A DNA stretch of 32,000 bases from Ignicoccus pacificus DSM 13166 (lineage in GTDB: Archaea; Thermoproteota; Thermoprotei_A; Sulfolobales; Ignicoccaceae), in assembly GCA_025340205.1 (NCBI GenBank), contig CP006868.1, forward strand, positions 660,001 to 692,000. Reading direction: 5' to 3'. The translations under genes and the position numbers were made by a program. Positions within the stretch are counted from its first letter, which is position 1; every line of letters begins with the position of its first letter. A model generated the notes under the pieces. The model was not told the DNA's origin and ran no database searches. It saw only the letters and a list, made by a program, of their open reading frames with translations. Of the stretch, positions 16,580-26,050 are shown piece by piece.

Positions 16580-18259
16580 ATGGCCGCCGGTGTACCCGTT
16601 CTGATACTCAAAGAGGGCGCTAGCAGGACTTACGGAAGGGAGGCCCTAAGGAGCAACATCCTAGCTGCCAGGATAATCGCTGAGGTCTTGAAGACCAGCT
16701 TGGGTCCCAGAGGAATGGACAAGATGATAGTTGACAGTTTCGGTGACATCACTGTCACCAACGACGGTGTTACCATACTCAAGGAGATGGACGTACAGCA
16801 CCCTGCCGCCAAGCTGATCGTAGAGACTGCCAAGGCGCAAGACGCTGAGGTAGGCGATGGTACTACCAGCGTGGTGGTACTAGCCGGAAGCCTCCTGGAG
16901 AAGGCCGAACCCCTCCTAGACCAGAACATCCACCCAAGCATAATCATTGAGGGTTACAAGAAGGCTATGGAGAAGGCCCTAGAGGAGCTAGACAAGATCG
17001 CTGTAAAGATTGACCCCAAGGACAAGGCTTACATGAAGAAGCTCGTCGGAACCAGCCTCAGCAGCAAGTTTGTAGGCCAAGAGGCCGAGGAGATCAAGGA
17101 GAAGCTTCTAGACATGATCATCGAGGCTGCTTACACCGTAGCTGAGGAGCAGCCCGACGGAACTCTCAAGATGAACATGGACGATATAAAGATCGAGAAG
17201 AAGAAGGGAGGAACTCTGCTGGACAGCCAGCTCGTGAAGGGTATAGTCCTAGACAAGGAGGTTGTCCATCCAGGCATGCCCAGAAGGGTGGAGAACGCCA
17301 AGATCTTGCTACTAGACACCCCGCTAGAGGTCGAGAAGCCCGACATAACCGCCAAGATCAACATAACTGACCCCAGGCAGATAGAGGCCTTCCTAGAGGA
17401 GCAGACCAAGATACTCAAGGAGATGGTCGACAAGATCGCCGCCACCGGAGCCAACGTCGTCATAACCCAGAAGGGCATCGACGACGTCGCCGCTCACTTC
17501 CTAGCGAAGAAGGGCATACTGGCCGTAAGGAGGGTGAAGAGGAGCGACATCGAGAAGATAGCCAAGGCCACCGGAGCCAGGATAGTGACTAGCATCAAGG
17601 ACGTCACTCCCGACGCCCTAGGTGAGGCCGAGCTGGTCGAGGAGAGGAGGGTTGGTAAGGACAAGATGGTGTTCATTGAGGGATGCAAGAACCCCAGAGC
17701 CGTGACCATACTGCTAAGGGGTGCCAGCGACATGGCCCTCGACGAGGCCGAGAGGAACGTCACCGATGCTCTGCACGTGCTGAGGAACATATTCATGAAG
17801 CCCATGATAGTGGCCGGAGGAGGAGCCATTGAGGTCGAGCTGGCCGAGAGGCTGAGGAAGTACGCCACCAGCGTGGGAGGCAAGGAGCAGCTAGCCATCG
17901 AGGCCTACGCCGAGGCCCTCGAGGAGATACCGGTGGTGCTGGCCGACACTGCTGGAATGGACACCTTGGAGGCCCTAATGGAGCTGAGGAAGCTACACAG
18001 GGAGGGCAAGATCTGGGCCGGCGTGAACGTGATCGAGGGCAAGATAGAGGAGGACATGACCAAGCTAGGAGTGATCGAGCCGGTAAGGGTTAGGGAGCAA
18101 GTGCTCAAGAGCGCTACTGAGGCAGCTAACGCCCTACTGAAGATCGACGACGTGATCGCCGCCGCTCCGCCCAAGGAGGGCAAGAAGGGCAAGGGCGGCG
18201 AAGGAGGAGAAGAGGAAGAAGAGGGAGGAATGGGCAAGTTCGGTGGCGGTGAGTTCTAA
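16580..18259 (+). CDS. Thermosome subunit (group II chaperonin)
   Basis: [55 protein letters not shown] and C-terminal GKFGGGEF. The tracked ORF begins at 16550, but MAAGVPVL at 16580 is the probable start. Confidence 0.97.
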   Translation: MAAGVPVLILKEGASRTYGREALRSNILAARIIAEVLKTSLGPRGMDKMIVDSFGDITVTNDGVTILKEMDVQHPAAKLIVETAKAQDAEVGDGTTSVVVLAGSLLEKAEPLLDQNIHPSIIIEGYKKAMEKALEELDKIAVKIDPKDKAYMKKLVGTSLSSKFVGQEAEEIKEKLLDMIIEAAYTVAEEQPDGTLKMNMDDIKIEKKKGGTLLDSQLVKGIVLDKEVVHPGMPRRVENAKILLLDTPLEVEKPDITAKINITDPRQIEAFLEEQTKILKEMVDKIAATGANVVITQKGIDDVAAHFLAKKGILAVRRVKRSDIEKIAKATGARIVTSIKDVTPDALGEAELVEERRVGKDKMVFIEGCKNPRAVTILLRGASDMALDEAERNVTDALHVLRNIFMKPMIVAGGGAIEVELAERLRKYATSVGGKEQLAIEAYAEALEEIPVVLADTAGMDTLEALMELRKLHREGKIWAGVNVIEGKIEEDMTKLGVIEPVRVREQVLKSATEAANALLKIDDVIAAAPPKEGKKGKGGEGGEEEEEGGMGKFGGGEF

Positions 18260-18274
18260 ATAGGAAATTTTTGA

Positions 18275-18724
18275 TCAATCCCAGTAATCATCGCTCATTA
18301 CCCTTCTCTGACTCTCTCTATAGTAAAAGGTTGGTACCTTCCTCAGCAACCTTCTTCTAAGACCCATGTCGGCTGTGGCCACAGGGACGCCATACCTCAA
18401 GGCTATTTCACACAACTCATCATCCGCTCTCTTATAGTTCAGATCTGTCTCTAAGATGAAACATCTCTGCTCAATTATCCGCTTAGCTAGCCTTGCGCTT
18501 CTCCCTCTCTTCCCCCCATTCTTCTCGTGCTTCTCGAGTTCTCTTAACACGCTCCGTGTAACTACACACTTGCAACCGAAGGACTCCAGTTGATCGATAA
18601 CATCTATTCCCTCTCCGAGCAACAGCAGTATCGAGGTATCCACGAGGACGTAACGCCTAGGTTTGTCGGTCAATTCTTCAAGACTGAGAGTTTTCATGAC
18701 TCCTTCCAGAGGGTTTAAAATCAC
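18275..18724 (-). CDS. PIN-domain ribonuclease-like protein (Fcf1/VapC-like)
   Basis: VLVDTSILLLLGEG, RSVLRELEKHEKN, DDELCEIALRYGVPVATADMGLRRRL match the PIN acidic residue layout. Start may be the internal Met at about 18697. Confidence 0.85.
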   Translation of the reverse strand: MILNPLEGVMKTLSLEELTDKPRRYVLVDTSILLLLGEGIDVIDQLESFGCKCVVTRSVLRELEKHEKNGGKRGRSARLAKRIIEQRCFILETDLNYKRADDELCEIALRYGVPVATADMGLRRRLLRKVPTFYYRESQRRVMSDDYWD

Positions 18725-18757
18725 AAATATTTATTTAGGCTTAGGTGACTTAAAAGT

Positions 18758-19861
18758 ATGAAGGAAAAGGTCATTGCCACGGTCCTAGCGATATTCATGA
18801 TAGTCGATGCAGTCTTAAGTGTCAACGCCGCCCTACACGCGCCCTTCCCCGCTGCCGTGCCGCTGGGAAGTCCTGCCGCTTACTTGAACGTCTACCTCCA
18901 CGTCCCGATAGCTTGGGCAACGTACATGCTCTTCATAATAGGCTTCATACTAGCTATAGCTTACCTAGCAACCGGAAACAAGAAGTTCGATAAATATTCA
19001 GAGCTGTTCATCTACACGGCGTTAGTGTACGCGTTCTTGACACTAATAACTGGGAGCATGTGGGCCATGGAATCGTGGGGAAGCGCTTGGAACTGGGATC
19101 CCAGGGAGACGGCCGTTCTCCTACTCTTTATAGCCTACTTGGTGTACGTGGCCATAAGATACAGCATTAGAGATCCGGAGAGGAGGGCTACGGTCTCTGC
19201 AGTCTTCGCCATAGCCGCATTCGCTACCGTTCCGATAAGCTTCCTAGCCCCTTACTTGATCCACGGGAGCCTTCACCCCACGATGTCCAATACCGAGTCG
19301 TTCTTGTCACACCCATCCACAAAGACATACTTCTTCAGCAAGGTATTTACTACAGTCGTTACCGCTATACTAATACCTATAGCCATTGGAATGAGAGCCG
19401 ACAAGAAGATAGTGACGGCCGGCGCCTTGGGAATGTTCATAATACTGATCATTGGAGCCTTAATGGTCATGCCGTGGGGAGCTACGGGAAGGGTCGAGGC
19501 AGCTTACTTCACTAAGGGTAGCCTAAAGTTCCAGTTCTATACAGCAAACAACAAGATAATGACCCATACTGGAGGATTGATAATAACCGTTAATGGCAAA
19601 AACATAACCTTGACCACGTCGAAGGGCTTACCTAAACCCAACTTCATACCGGTACCAAACTTCGCCAGGGGAACGAACAAGACTGGAATTGTGGTGGAGT
19701 GCTGCGGAAGCAAGTACTGGCCAACCATATTAGGTCATATAGTCAAGGTTAGCAACGGTAAGGTAACCGTCTTGAAGCCCTTTACCGTAGCGTGGACCCT
19801 CCTAACCTATGGCATCTTCGTCCCTCTCTTCGTTGTATTGATGGTGAGGAGAAGGGAGTAA
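18758..19861 (+). CDS. CcmC/CcsA-like cytochrome c assembly (heme-handling) membrane protein
   Basis: NVYLHVPIAW, AMESWGSAWNWDPRETAVLLLFIAYL (WxWD motif) and LIHGSLHPTMS (second conserved His) match CcmC. Confidence 0.85.
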   Translation: MKEKVIATVLAIFMIVDAVLSVNAALHAPFPAAVPLGSPAAYLNVYLHVPIAWATYMLFIIGFILAIAYLATGNKKFDKYSELFIYTALVYAFLTLITGSMWAMESWGSAWNWDPRETAVLLLFIAYLVYVAIRYSIRDPERRATVSAVFAIAAFATVPISFLAPYLIHGSLHPTMSNTESFLSHPSTKTYFFSKVFTTVVTAILIPIAIGMRADKKIVTAGALGMFIILIIGALMVMPWGATGRVEAAYFTKGSLKFQFYTANNKIMTHTGGLIITVNGKNITLTTSKGLPKPNFIPVPNFARGTNKTGIVVECCGSKYWPTILGHIVKVSNGKVTVLKPFTVAWTLLTYGIFVPLFVVLMVRRRE

Positions 19862-19950
19862 GCGTTTATGTTTGAAAATGAATGTAAAAACCGTTTTTCG
19901 CCCCATGTCGTGACATAGCATAGGGAAAGAACAAAACGAGGGAACGGAAT

Positions 19951-20352
19951 ATGGTATGTCCGTTTGCTGTACAAAGAGGGCTACTGTCTAGGAGGGTCTT
20001 CTGCCTTGCCATAGGGATGTACGTTAACTACAAGAAACAAGGATGTTTGACTAACAAGTTCGTTGAATGTCCATACTACAAGCAAGCCATAGAAGAGGAA
20101 AAGAAGAAGGAAGAGGAGAGGATCATAGCACCTGATGCCCACGAAGTCCTAGAGGGAGAAAAAGACATACTAGAGAAAACCGTCAACGAAAGCGTCAAGG
20201 AAGCGCTAAAGAAGTACGCGGATCCAAAGAGAGGGATATACCCAGACACGTGTTACGACTGTCTTTACTTCTCTCCAACCACGGGGTTATGTCTGTATAT
20301 GAGAATAAAGGTAAAAGATCCAAACAATCCCCCTTGCAAGAGCAAGAAATGA
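19951..20352 (+). CDS. Small Cys-rich protein (8 Cys), putative metal/Fe-S binding
   Basis: C3-x14-C-x13-C-x7-C near the N terminus and CYDCLYFSPTTGLC...PPC at the C terminus. It overlaps the next gene by 4 nt. Confidence 0.6.
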   Translation: MVCPFAVQRGLLSRRVFCLAIGMYVNYKKQGCLTNKFVECPYYKQAIEEEKKKEEERIIAPDAHEVLEGEKDILEKTVNESVKEALKKYADPKRGIYPDTCYDCLYFSPTTGLCLYMRIKVKDPNNPPCKSKK

Positions 20353-21116
20353 TAGTGGAGGGTTTCTTGCTTCTCTACAAGGACTTCATTTGGATGGCAA
20401 AGGGTATTGAACATCCAGAGGGCTATGCCGTAGCCTTCCCGCGCTATCACGGAGGTAAGAAGGTTTCTCTCTTCCCCACGCAATTTCTATCCCTCGTTAA
20501 GACTTGCGATTGTTCTCCTTCGCCCGTACCCTTAGTTCCTTTAGAGAGAGCCATAGTTTATGATCCGAGAGACTTAATAGAAAGGGACACGCTCGCAAGA
20601 GATTTCGCCTCTGTGTTAGCTAAGGGGGCCGGACTCACGGGATCTAGGGTAATAGGCGTAGAAGGCGACATAGACCTAGTCTTCTATGATAGTTATGAAG
20701 AAGTACTAAAAGCCCTAAAGGATCTTAGAGATGATGGGGAAATAGAACCGGAAATAGGGAAGTGGAAGAGTCTGGGCGAAGGAGCTATCAAATGTAAGCT
20801 CAAGCACACCCTTCTAGAAGGAAAGTGGAGAGGCGTTCACTACTCCATAAGACTCGTCTCGGCTCCTAGAGCTCCTTCAAGGCCCGTTTCCTTGGGTTTG
20901 AAGGCAGTTAAGGGAAGGATCATTGAAGCCAATAACACAGTAATGCCCTATGAATACGTATTGGAAAACGGAGTTATTATAGAGAGCTTGAGGATGCAAC
21001 ACTCCGAGATACCGGTGGGAGCGATAATAGAGGTGAAGGGATCGTGGGAGATGAGCTCGAGAGGAGAGAGACTCCACCTAGGGTTGAACTCATTCATGGA
21101 TGTGATCTCTTGCTAA
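20349..21116 (+). CDS. Predicted nucleotidyltransferase-like protein (COG1665-like)
   Basis: SRVIGVEGDIDLVFYDS is an NTase-like acidic motif. The tracked ORF begins at 20250, but Met at 20349 (MIVEGFLLLYKDFIWMAKG) overlaps the upstream stop and is more plausible. Confidence 0.5.
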   Translation: MIVEGFLLLYKDFIWMAKGIEHPEGYAVAFPRYHGGKKVSLFPTQFLSLVKTCDCSPSPVPLVPLERAIVYDPRDLIERDTLARDFASVLAKGAGLTGSRVIGVEGDIDLVFYDSYEEVLKALKDLRDDGEIEPEIGKWKSLGEGAIKCKLKHTLLEGKWRGVHYSIRLVSAPRAPSRPVSLGLKAVKGRIIEANNTVMPYEYVLENGVIIESLRMQHSEIPVGAIIEVKGSWEMSSRGERLHLGLNSFMDVISC

Positions 21117-21856
21117 TAGCGGAGGCCTTAGAAGGAGCCTATCCCAAGGCAGGGAACGTGAGTCCCTTAAATGAAGGCCCGTTCAAGTACTTAGACCTAC
21201 TGGTTGAAGCGTGGAGACTTAAAAGAGTATGCGAGATGACCTTACCTCTGGGGAAGAGGTACTACACCTTCCTAACTTCACAAAGGGTAACTGCTCTAGC
21301 TGGCTTTGCGATACTCTCCATACCTCTCTTCGATTGCTTGAGTAGGGGTTTGAAGATGGGAAGATGTGGAAGGGATATTGTTAGGGGAAGCTCCCCTGAG
21401 GACGCCTACTGGTACCTCAAGGCGCTAAGGGATTCCGGTCTTTCTCATTTGAGGAGAGTTGAAGGAAGGGATTATCCTAATGTAGAGCGACCAGAAGAGG
21501 TCTTTGAGAAGGGCTGGAATTTAGAATACGTCTTTAAGAGAGTGGCCGATACCATCTCTTTGGAGATCATTAGAGGCTACCCCCTCTCCACGGAGGGGGC
21601 TCATTACCTTCTTGAGAATGGTATAGAAAGAATTAGGGAGCTCCAGCGAATTATCTTATCTAAGAGTATAGATGACCTAGTAGCGAGGAAGTGGGGCCTT
21701 CGAGTAGCTTATGAACTCACCTTAGCGGCTAGAGAAGGGCTTCATGAAAAATTCATTGAGGAGAAGGGGCTGAATCCTGGAACCACTGCTGACATAATCG
21801 GAGTCTCCGTTCTTATAGCCCTCTCCGAGCTTTTGAGAAGGAGGGAACTTTGGTAA
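21044..21856 (+). CDS. Triphosphoribosyl-dephospho-CoA synthase-like (CitG/MdcB family) protein
   Basis: EALEGAYPKAGNVSPLNE and KGLNPGTTADIIGVSVLIAL match CitG family N- and C-terminal motifs. The exact start is uncertain. Confidence 0.75.
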   Translation: MGDELERRETPPRVELIHGCDLLLIAEALEGAYPKAGNVSPLNEGPFKYLDLLVEAWRLKRVCEMTLPLGKRYYTFLTSQRVTALAGFAILSIPLFDCLSRGLKMGRCGRDIVRGSSPEDAYWYLKALRDSGLSHLRRVEGRDYPNVERPEEVFEKGWNLEYVFKRVADTISLEIIRGYPLSTEGAHYLLENGIERIRELQRIILSKSIDDLVARKWGLRVAYELTLAAREGLHEKFIEEKGLNPGTTADIIGVSVLIALSELLRRRELW

Positions 21857-22998
21857 TAGAGGTTAGCGAAGAAGCGCTTAGGAAGGCGTTAACCATCTCT
21901 CCGGTAATCTACCAGAAGCACGTCAAAGGGAGGGCAGAGATAGGTGAGCTGGTTGAGTTAGAGTATGAGGGAAGGACGATATGCGCTATGTGGGATGAAA
22001 CGGGGCCGGTGAGGTTAAGAGTGCTCCTTAACCACGAATGTCCGTCCACTCCCGAAGAAGCCCTAGAAGAAGCTCTAGAAAGGGCTTATAGGGTAAGAAG
22101 GCTTAACGGAGCCGCCAATTGGGATGCTTTCAGACTGGTCAATGGAGATGGAGATATGCTTTCAGGATTGATTATTGATATTTATAAGGAGATTGCTGTG
22201 CTCCAATCCTCAAGCTTAGCTATAGACAAGTATATCAAATTCATAGCTGAAAGAGTAAGGAATTTGCTAAAGCTGGAGTCCGTATATGAAAAGAGTGTTC
22301 AAAGGGTGAGGCGAAAGGTAGGACTACCAGAAAGGGAAGGCCTCATACTGGGAACGAAGAAAGAGACTGTGGTGGACGAGGAAGGAGTTAAGTTCTTGGT
22401 GAGGGTAGACAAGCAGAAGACGGGTCTTTACTTGGATCAAAGGGAGAACAGGGTATTCTTCGAGAGGTTCGCTAAAGGAGAGAAGGTCTTGGACGCGTTC
22501 TCCTATACCGGGGGATTTGGCCTTCACGCGTTGCACGGAGGGGCGAAGAAGGTGAAGTTTGTAGACGAGGATCACGAGGCTCTCTCGATACTAAAGGAGA
22601 ACTTAAGGCTTAACAGCTTCTCTGAAGAGATGGTAGAGATAGTCGAAAGCGATATATGGAGATACCTAAAAGAGGAGAGAAGTAGGTTCGGATTGCTGAG
22701 CTTCGATCCTCCAGCCTTCATTCCTTCAAAGGAGTATTACGACTTAGGAGTAAGAGATTACTTGAAGGTTTACATAAACGCGTTTAAGCTCGCTGAGGAG
22801 GGCTCCGTGGTCGTCCTCTCCTCGTGTTCCCAACCGCTCTCTAGGGACGATTTCTTGAGACTGATATCAAAGGCCTCCTTCTACGCCAAAGTGGACGCTA
22901 GGACGTTTGCTCTTCGTGGGGCCTCTCGTGATCACGTGATGCTTCCGAACGCTCGTCACTTGGAGTACTTGAAGGTGGCGTTCCTCTCAAGGCTTTGA
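21850..22998 (+). CDS. Class I SAM-dependent rRNA methyltransferase, RlmI-like
   Basis: GLYLDQRENR, VLDAFSYTGGFGLHALHGGAKKVKFVDEDHEALSILKENLRLN and FDPPAF. Confidence 0.85.
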   Translation: MVIEVSEEALRKALTISPVIYQKHVKGRAEIGELVELEYEGRTICAMWDETGPVRLRVLLNHECPSTPEEALEEALERAYRVRRLNGAANWDAFRLVNGDGDMLSGLIIDIYKEIAVLQSSSLAIDKYIKFIAERVRNLLKLESVYEKSVQRVRRKVGLPEREGLILGTKKETVVDEEGVKFLVRVDKQKTGLYLDQRENRVFFERFAKGEKVLDAFSYTGGFGLHALHGGAKKVKFVDEDHEALSILKENLRLNSFSEEMVEIVESDIWRYLKEERSRFGLLSFDPPAFIPSKEYYDLGVRDYLKVYINAFKLAEEGSVVVLSSCSQPLSRDDFLRLISKASFYAKVDARTFALRGASRDHVMLPNARHLEYLKVAFLSRL

Positions 22999-23842
22999 AG
23001 TACCTAACCAGCCTCACAACGTAGAACAACCAAGAGGGGCTTCCTTGGAGTTCGACGAAGGATAATAGGGCACCGGCGTCCATAAGACCGTCAACAATAT
23101 CCATGGGATAATCCTTACCTAGCGACTTCCACTTCACTGCCAAGTAAGCGTAAGCCAAGGCGCCCGTCATTCCTATTATTCCGTACAAATCATCTCCCAT
23201 TCCCTTCGAGAAGCCTAGCAACACTATCGCAATCTCTATGGATCCTATCCAAACGGCTAAAGGACTCTTGTAGCCCCACATTCTCTGTATCACTGTTAAC
23301 CATATCAAGGCGGCGACGCCGGCTATTATCGCTACCGTATACCTAGCCGTAGGTATGTTTAAGTGCATCTCTGCCATTTTGACTAGTATAATGATGATCA
23401 AGGCCACTATTCTGTCACTCCTCTCCATGAGTCCAACTCCTTCTCCCTTCCTTCCCTCCACCTCCGCCGCTGCTCTGATCGTGGATATGAGGATAGAGCC
23501 GGTGGCCCATAAGTAGGCCAATTCCCATGGGGCTCCCAAGGCTGGAAGTCCCAGAGCTAGCACCACATCCGTTAGCCTGTCCAAGCTGGAATCTAGAAAA
23601 GCCCCTGCCTTGCTGACCTTCTTCAGCTTCCTCGCTATGGCTCCATCTAGGACGTCGAACAGACCGGTTACTATCAAAGCTATTATTGCGTCAAGGTACC
23701 TTCCTTCCCATATCAAGTACAGGTAAACAAAAGCCGGCACGACCCCGATTACCGTTATTATGTTGGGACTCACCCACGCCGGAACTCGGGAAGCCAGCCT
23801 CTCCATCAACGGCGATATCTTCTTTCTCAGCTTGCTAAGCAT
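22898..23842 (-). CDS. CDP-alcohol phosphatidyltransferase (possibly archaetidylinositol phosphate synthase)
   Basis: DVLDGAIARKLKKVSKAGAFLDSSLDRLTD matches the DxxDGxxAR...GxxxDxxxD signature. Confidence 0.85.
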   Translation of the reverse strand: MLSKLRKKISPLMERLASRVPAWVSPNIITVIGVVPAFVYLYLIWEGRYLDAIIALIVTGLFDVLDGAIARKLKKVSKAGAFLDSSLDRLTDVVLALGLPALGAPWELAYLWATGSILISTIRAAAEVEGRKGEGVGLMERSDRIVALIIIILVKMAEMHLNIPTARYTVAIIAGVAALIWLTVIQRMWGYKSPLAVWIGSIEIAIVLLGFSKGMGDDLYGIIGMTGALAYAYLAVKWKSLGKDYPMDIVDGLMDAGALLSFVELQGSPSWLFYVVRLVRYFKALRGTPPSSTPSDERSEASRDHERPHEEQTS

Positions 23843-23867
23843 TCCTTCCAGTACCCCAAACGCCTTC

Positions 23868-24995
23868 TCAAGTACCCCTCTTCAACCTCTCAGCAAGTTT
23901 GCCCAGCCTCGCTAGTGCCTTAGCCTTCTCCTTCTCTCCTATCTTTGCTTTCATAACTATTTCTTTCATAATTTCAATTACTTTATCAGCCGTTTTAACG
24001 TCATAAGGGTACGGAACGCCGTCCTTTCCCCCTACCGCATAGGCATAGGCAAAGGGGTCCAGAGGGGAGCTTACCGGATCCTCGAAAGAGGGAGAATAGC
24101 CATAGATTAGATGTGAAATTAGTGCCAAAGCTCTAACGGTCTTGGGACCTATCCCGGGTGCGACGAGTAAGTCCTCCTTCCTCGAGGGCTTAAACTCGTA
24201 TGCCTTCTTGAGGGCGTTTTCCAGTTGTCTCGATGGCCGGACGGGATAGTAATACCTTATGGCTCTGGGATCGATAACGAATTCCCCAGTCAACCTCCTT
24301 TGTCCCTTGAGTCCTGCCCTTGCCACCTTCAAGAGAGTCATTACCCTTGAAGGTCCTTCGTTTATCAAGTCTACGCTTATCTCCGCCATCTTCTCCGCAA
24401 CTGGTGCGCTAGCGTCCAAAGCTTCTCCTCGTATCCCGCTAACAGCAGAGTGAGGATTCCTCCAGGGTCTGTTCTCATCTGTTAGATGGTATCTCCTGGC
24501 TAGCTTACGCTCAACGTTCATGCCTTGTTGAACCACTGTCCACCTCTTCCTGCTCAGTACGACGAAGTGGACATAAAGGTCATAACCATCTTGAAGCAAG
24601 GCGCTATCGAGTCTCGCCGATGACTTGGAGAATTGAAAGACCTCTTCGGGGGCGATGTCCAGCTTCTTCCCAGCCTCCTCCGCCTCCTCCTTGACCTTAA
24701 GCATGTTCTTACCCTTTCCACCTAGAACTAAGAATTCCCATTCCTTCTCCCAGCTGAGTCTCTTCAATATCCCTAAGACGACCGCTGTACTTCCGGAGGA
24801 GTCCCAATCCATCCCTATAGCGTTATTGAACGCTTGAAACCAAAAGGGATCGGAAAGTCTCCTGACGACCTCCTCGGGCCCGAACTCCTCAACCATGAGG
24901 TCCACTATTACCTCACTGAGACCTATCATCCTCTTCATTAGGTGAGGTGGTACCTTTCCCCCATGTAGTATTAAGTCCGATATTCCTCCTTCCAT
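23868..24995 (-). CDS. DUF763 domain-containing protein
   Basis: GGKVPPHLMKRMIGLSEVIVDLMVEEFGPEEVVRRLSDPFWFQAFNNAIGMDWDSSG is characteristic of the family. A C-terminal HhH-like segment (LVAPGIGPKTVRALALIS) is present. Confidence 0.85.
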   Translation of the reverse strand: MEGGISDLILHGGKVPPHLMKRMIGLSEVIVDLMVEEFGPEEVVRRLSDPFWFQAFNNAIGMDWDSSGSTAVVLGILKRLSWEKEWEFLVLGGKGKNMLKVKEEAEEAGKKLDIAPEEVFQFSKSSARLDSALLQDGYDLYVHFVVLSRKRWTVVQQGMNVERKLARRYHLTDENRPWRNPHSAVSGIRGEALDASAPVAEKMAEISVDLINEGPSRVMTLLKVARAGLKGQRRLTGEFVIDPRAIRYYYPVRPSRQLENALKKAYEFKPSRKEDLLVAPGIGPKTVRALALISHLIYGYSPSFEDPVSSPLDPFAYAYAVGGKDGVPYPYDVKTADKVIEIMKEIVMKAKIGEKEKAKALARLGKLAERLKRGT

Positions 24996-25022
24996 AGCTC
25001 CCTTTTAAGAAATATTATGAGA

Positions 25023-25946
25023 TTAAAGAGAGCTAGCCACCAAAACTCCCCTCTTCTCCAATGGGGGAGCCAAGTAGGGGTATGGTTTGAAGAACGTTAT
25101 TGAATATTTCCATTTCCTAAGAGCGGGCACCAAGGTGTCCCATATGAGTTCCCCGGAGTAGTCGATAACTATATACTTGAAGTTCTTGAGAGGTGTCAGA
25201 TCCCCCTTCAGGATATTCTTCAGACAACACGATATCCTTATCAAATCACCTTCCTTGATGCCCCAGAAGTCCATCAGATCCTCCAAGGGTATACTCTTTA
25301 CGGTCCCTCCTTTCCTACCCATTTCCTCTTGGAAGGGCGTAAGTAAGAACCTTTCCTCTCCCTTCTTACCAATGAGCGCGTTTAGCGTATCGATGTAAAC
25401 TTCGCTTAAGTCAGCATTCTCTTGGAGCCATTGATAGGCATAGGGATTAGGCTCCAACGAGTAGACTTTCTTGGCTCCTCTCCTAGATGCCCTCAGCGAG
25501 AACTCCCCTACCCAAGCCCCTATGTCAACTATTACCTTGTTCTTCGGGTTTATTCCAAGCGCGAAGTCATAGTTACCGAACACGTATGTTTCTCTTAATT
25601 TAGCAAGACCTTCCAATAGAGAGCCCTTATGGAACCTCACCTTAGGCCATAGTTCAACGAAGAAGTCACTGACCTCCATGTACCTAGAGCCTACCTTACA
25701 CCTTTCGGCATTGCTGACCCAGCCTCCACTAGTGACGAAGTCAGTGATATAGGATATGAGGAGGGCCTCGTCGGCGCTTATGCATCCCTTAAAGCATGCT
25801 GAGCTTAAGCAGACTCTATCTCCATACCACTCTATCCTAAACGTTCCCTCTTCTTCTAGCTTCTTTATCTTGCTTTCGACTATTCTTCTGGTCTCTAACT
25901 TCAAAGACTTCAAGAACTCATTTTTCTTATCTCTCAAGAGTTGCAC
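25023..25946 (-). CDS. FkbM-like methyltransferase
   Basis: NKVIVDIGAWVGEFSLRASRRGAKKVYSLEPNPYAYQWLQENADL and IDTLNA... SIPLEDLMDF match FkbM-type features. Confidence 0.75.
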   Translation of the reverse strand: MQLLRDKKNEFLKSLKLETRRIVESKIKKLEEEGTFRIEWYGDRVCLSSACFKGCISADEALLISYITDFVTSGGWVSNAERCKVGSRYMEVSDFFVELWPKVRFHKGSLLEGLAKLRETYVFGNYDFALGINPKNKVIVDIGAWVGEFSLRASRRGAKKVYSLEPNPYAYQWLQENADLSEVYIDTLNALIGKKGEERFLLTPFQEEMGRKGGTVKSIPLEDLMDFWGIKEGDLIRISCCLKNILKGDLTPLKNFKYIVIDYSGELIWDTLVPALRKWKYSITFFKPYPYLAPPLEKRGVLVASSL

Positions 25947-25984
25947 CCTTCCCTGGAACTCGGGGCTAATTTAAATAATAATAG

Positions 25985-25996
25985 CTTTGATCAAAG
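25985..25996. promoter_or_regulatory. 12-bp perfect palindrome in divergent intergenic region
   Basis: ctttgatcaaag is its own reverse complement and lies next to an AT-rich stretch (aaataataatag) between divergent genes. Confidence 0.35.
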
Positions 25997-26050
25997 ACTT
26001 AAGGTTCCTTCCGTGCTCTTTCTAAAACCCATCTCCCTCAGCGGGAAGAG

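Noticed and set aside
16630-18237. Minus-strand ORFs antisense to thermosome (105, 115, 134, 110 aa)
   Set aside because: Long antisense frames arise from the strong codon bias of a highly expressed gene, and thermosome assignment is unambiguous.
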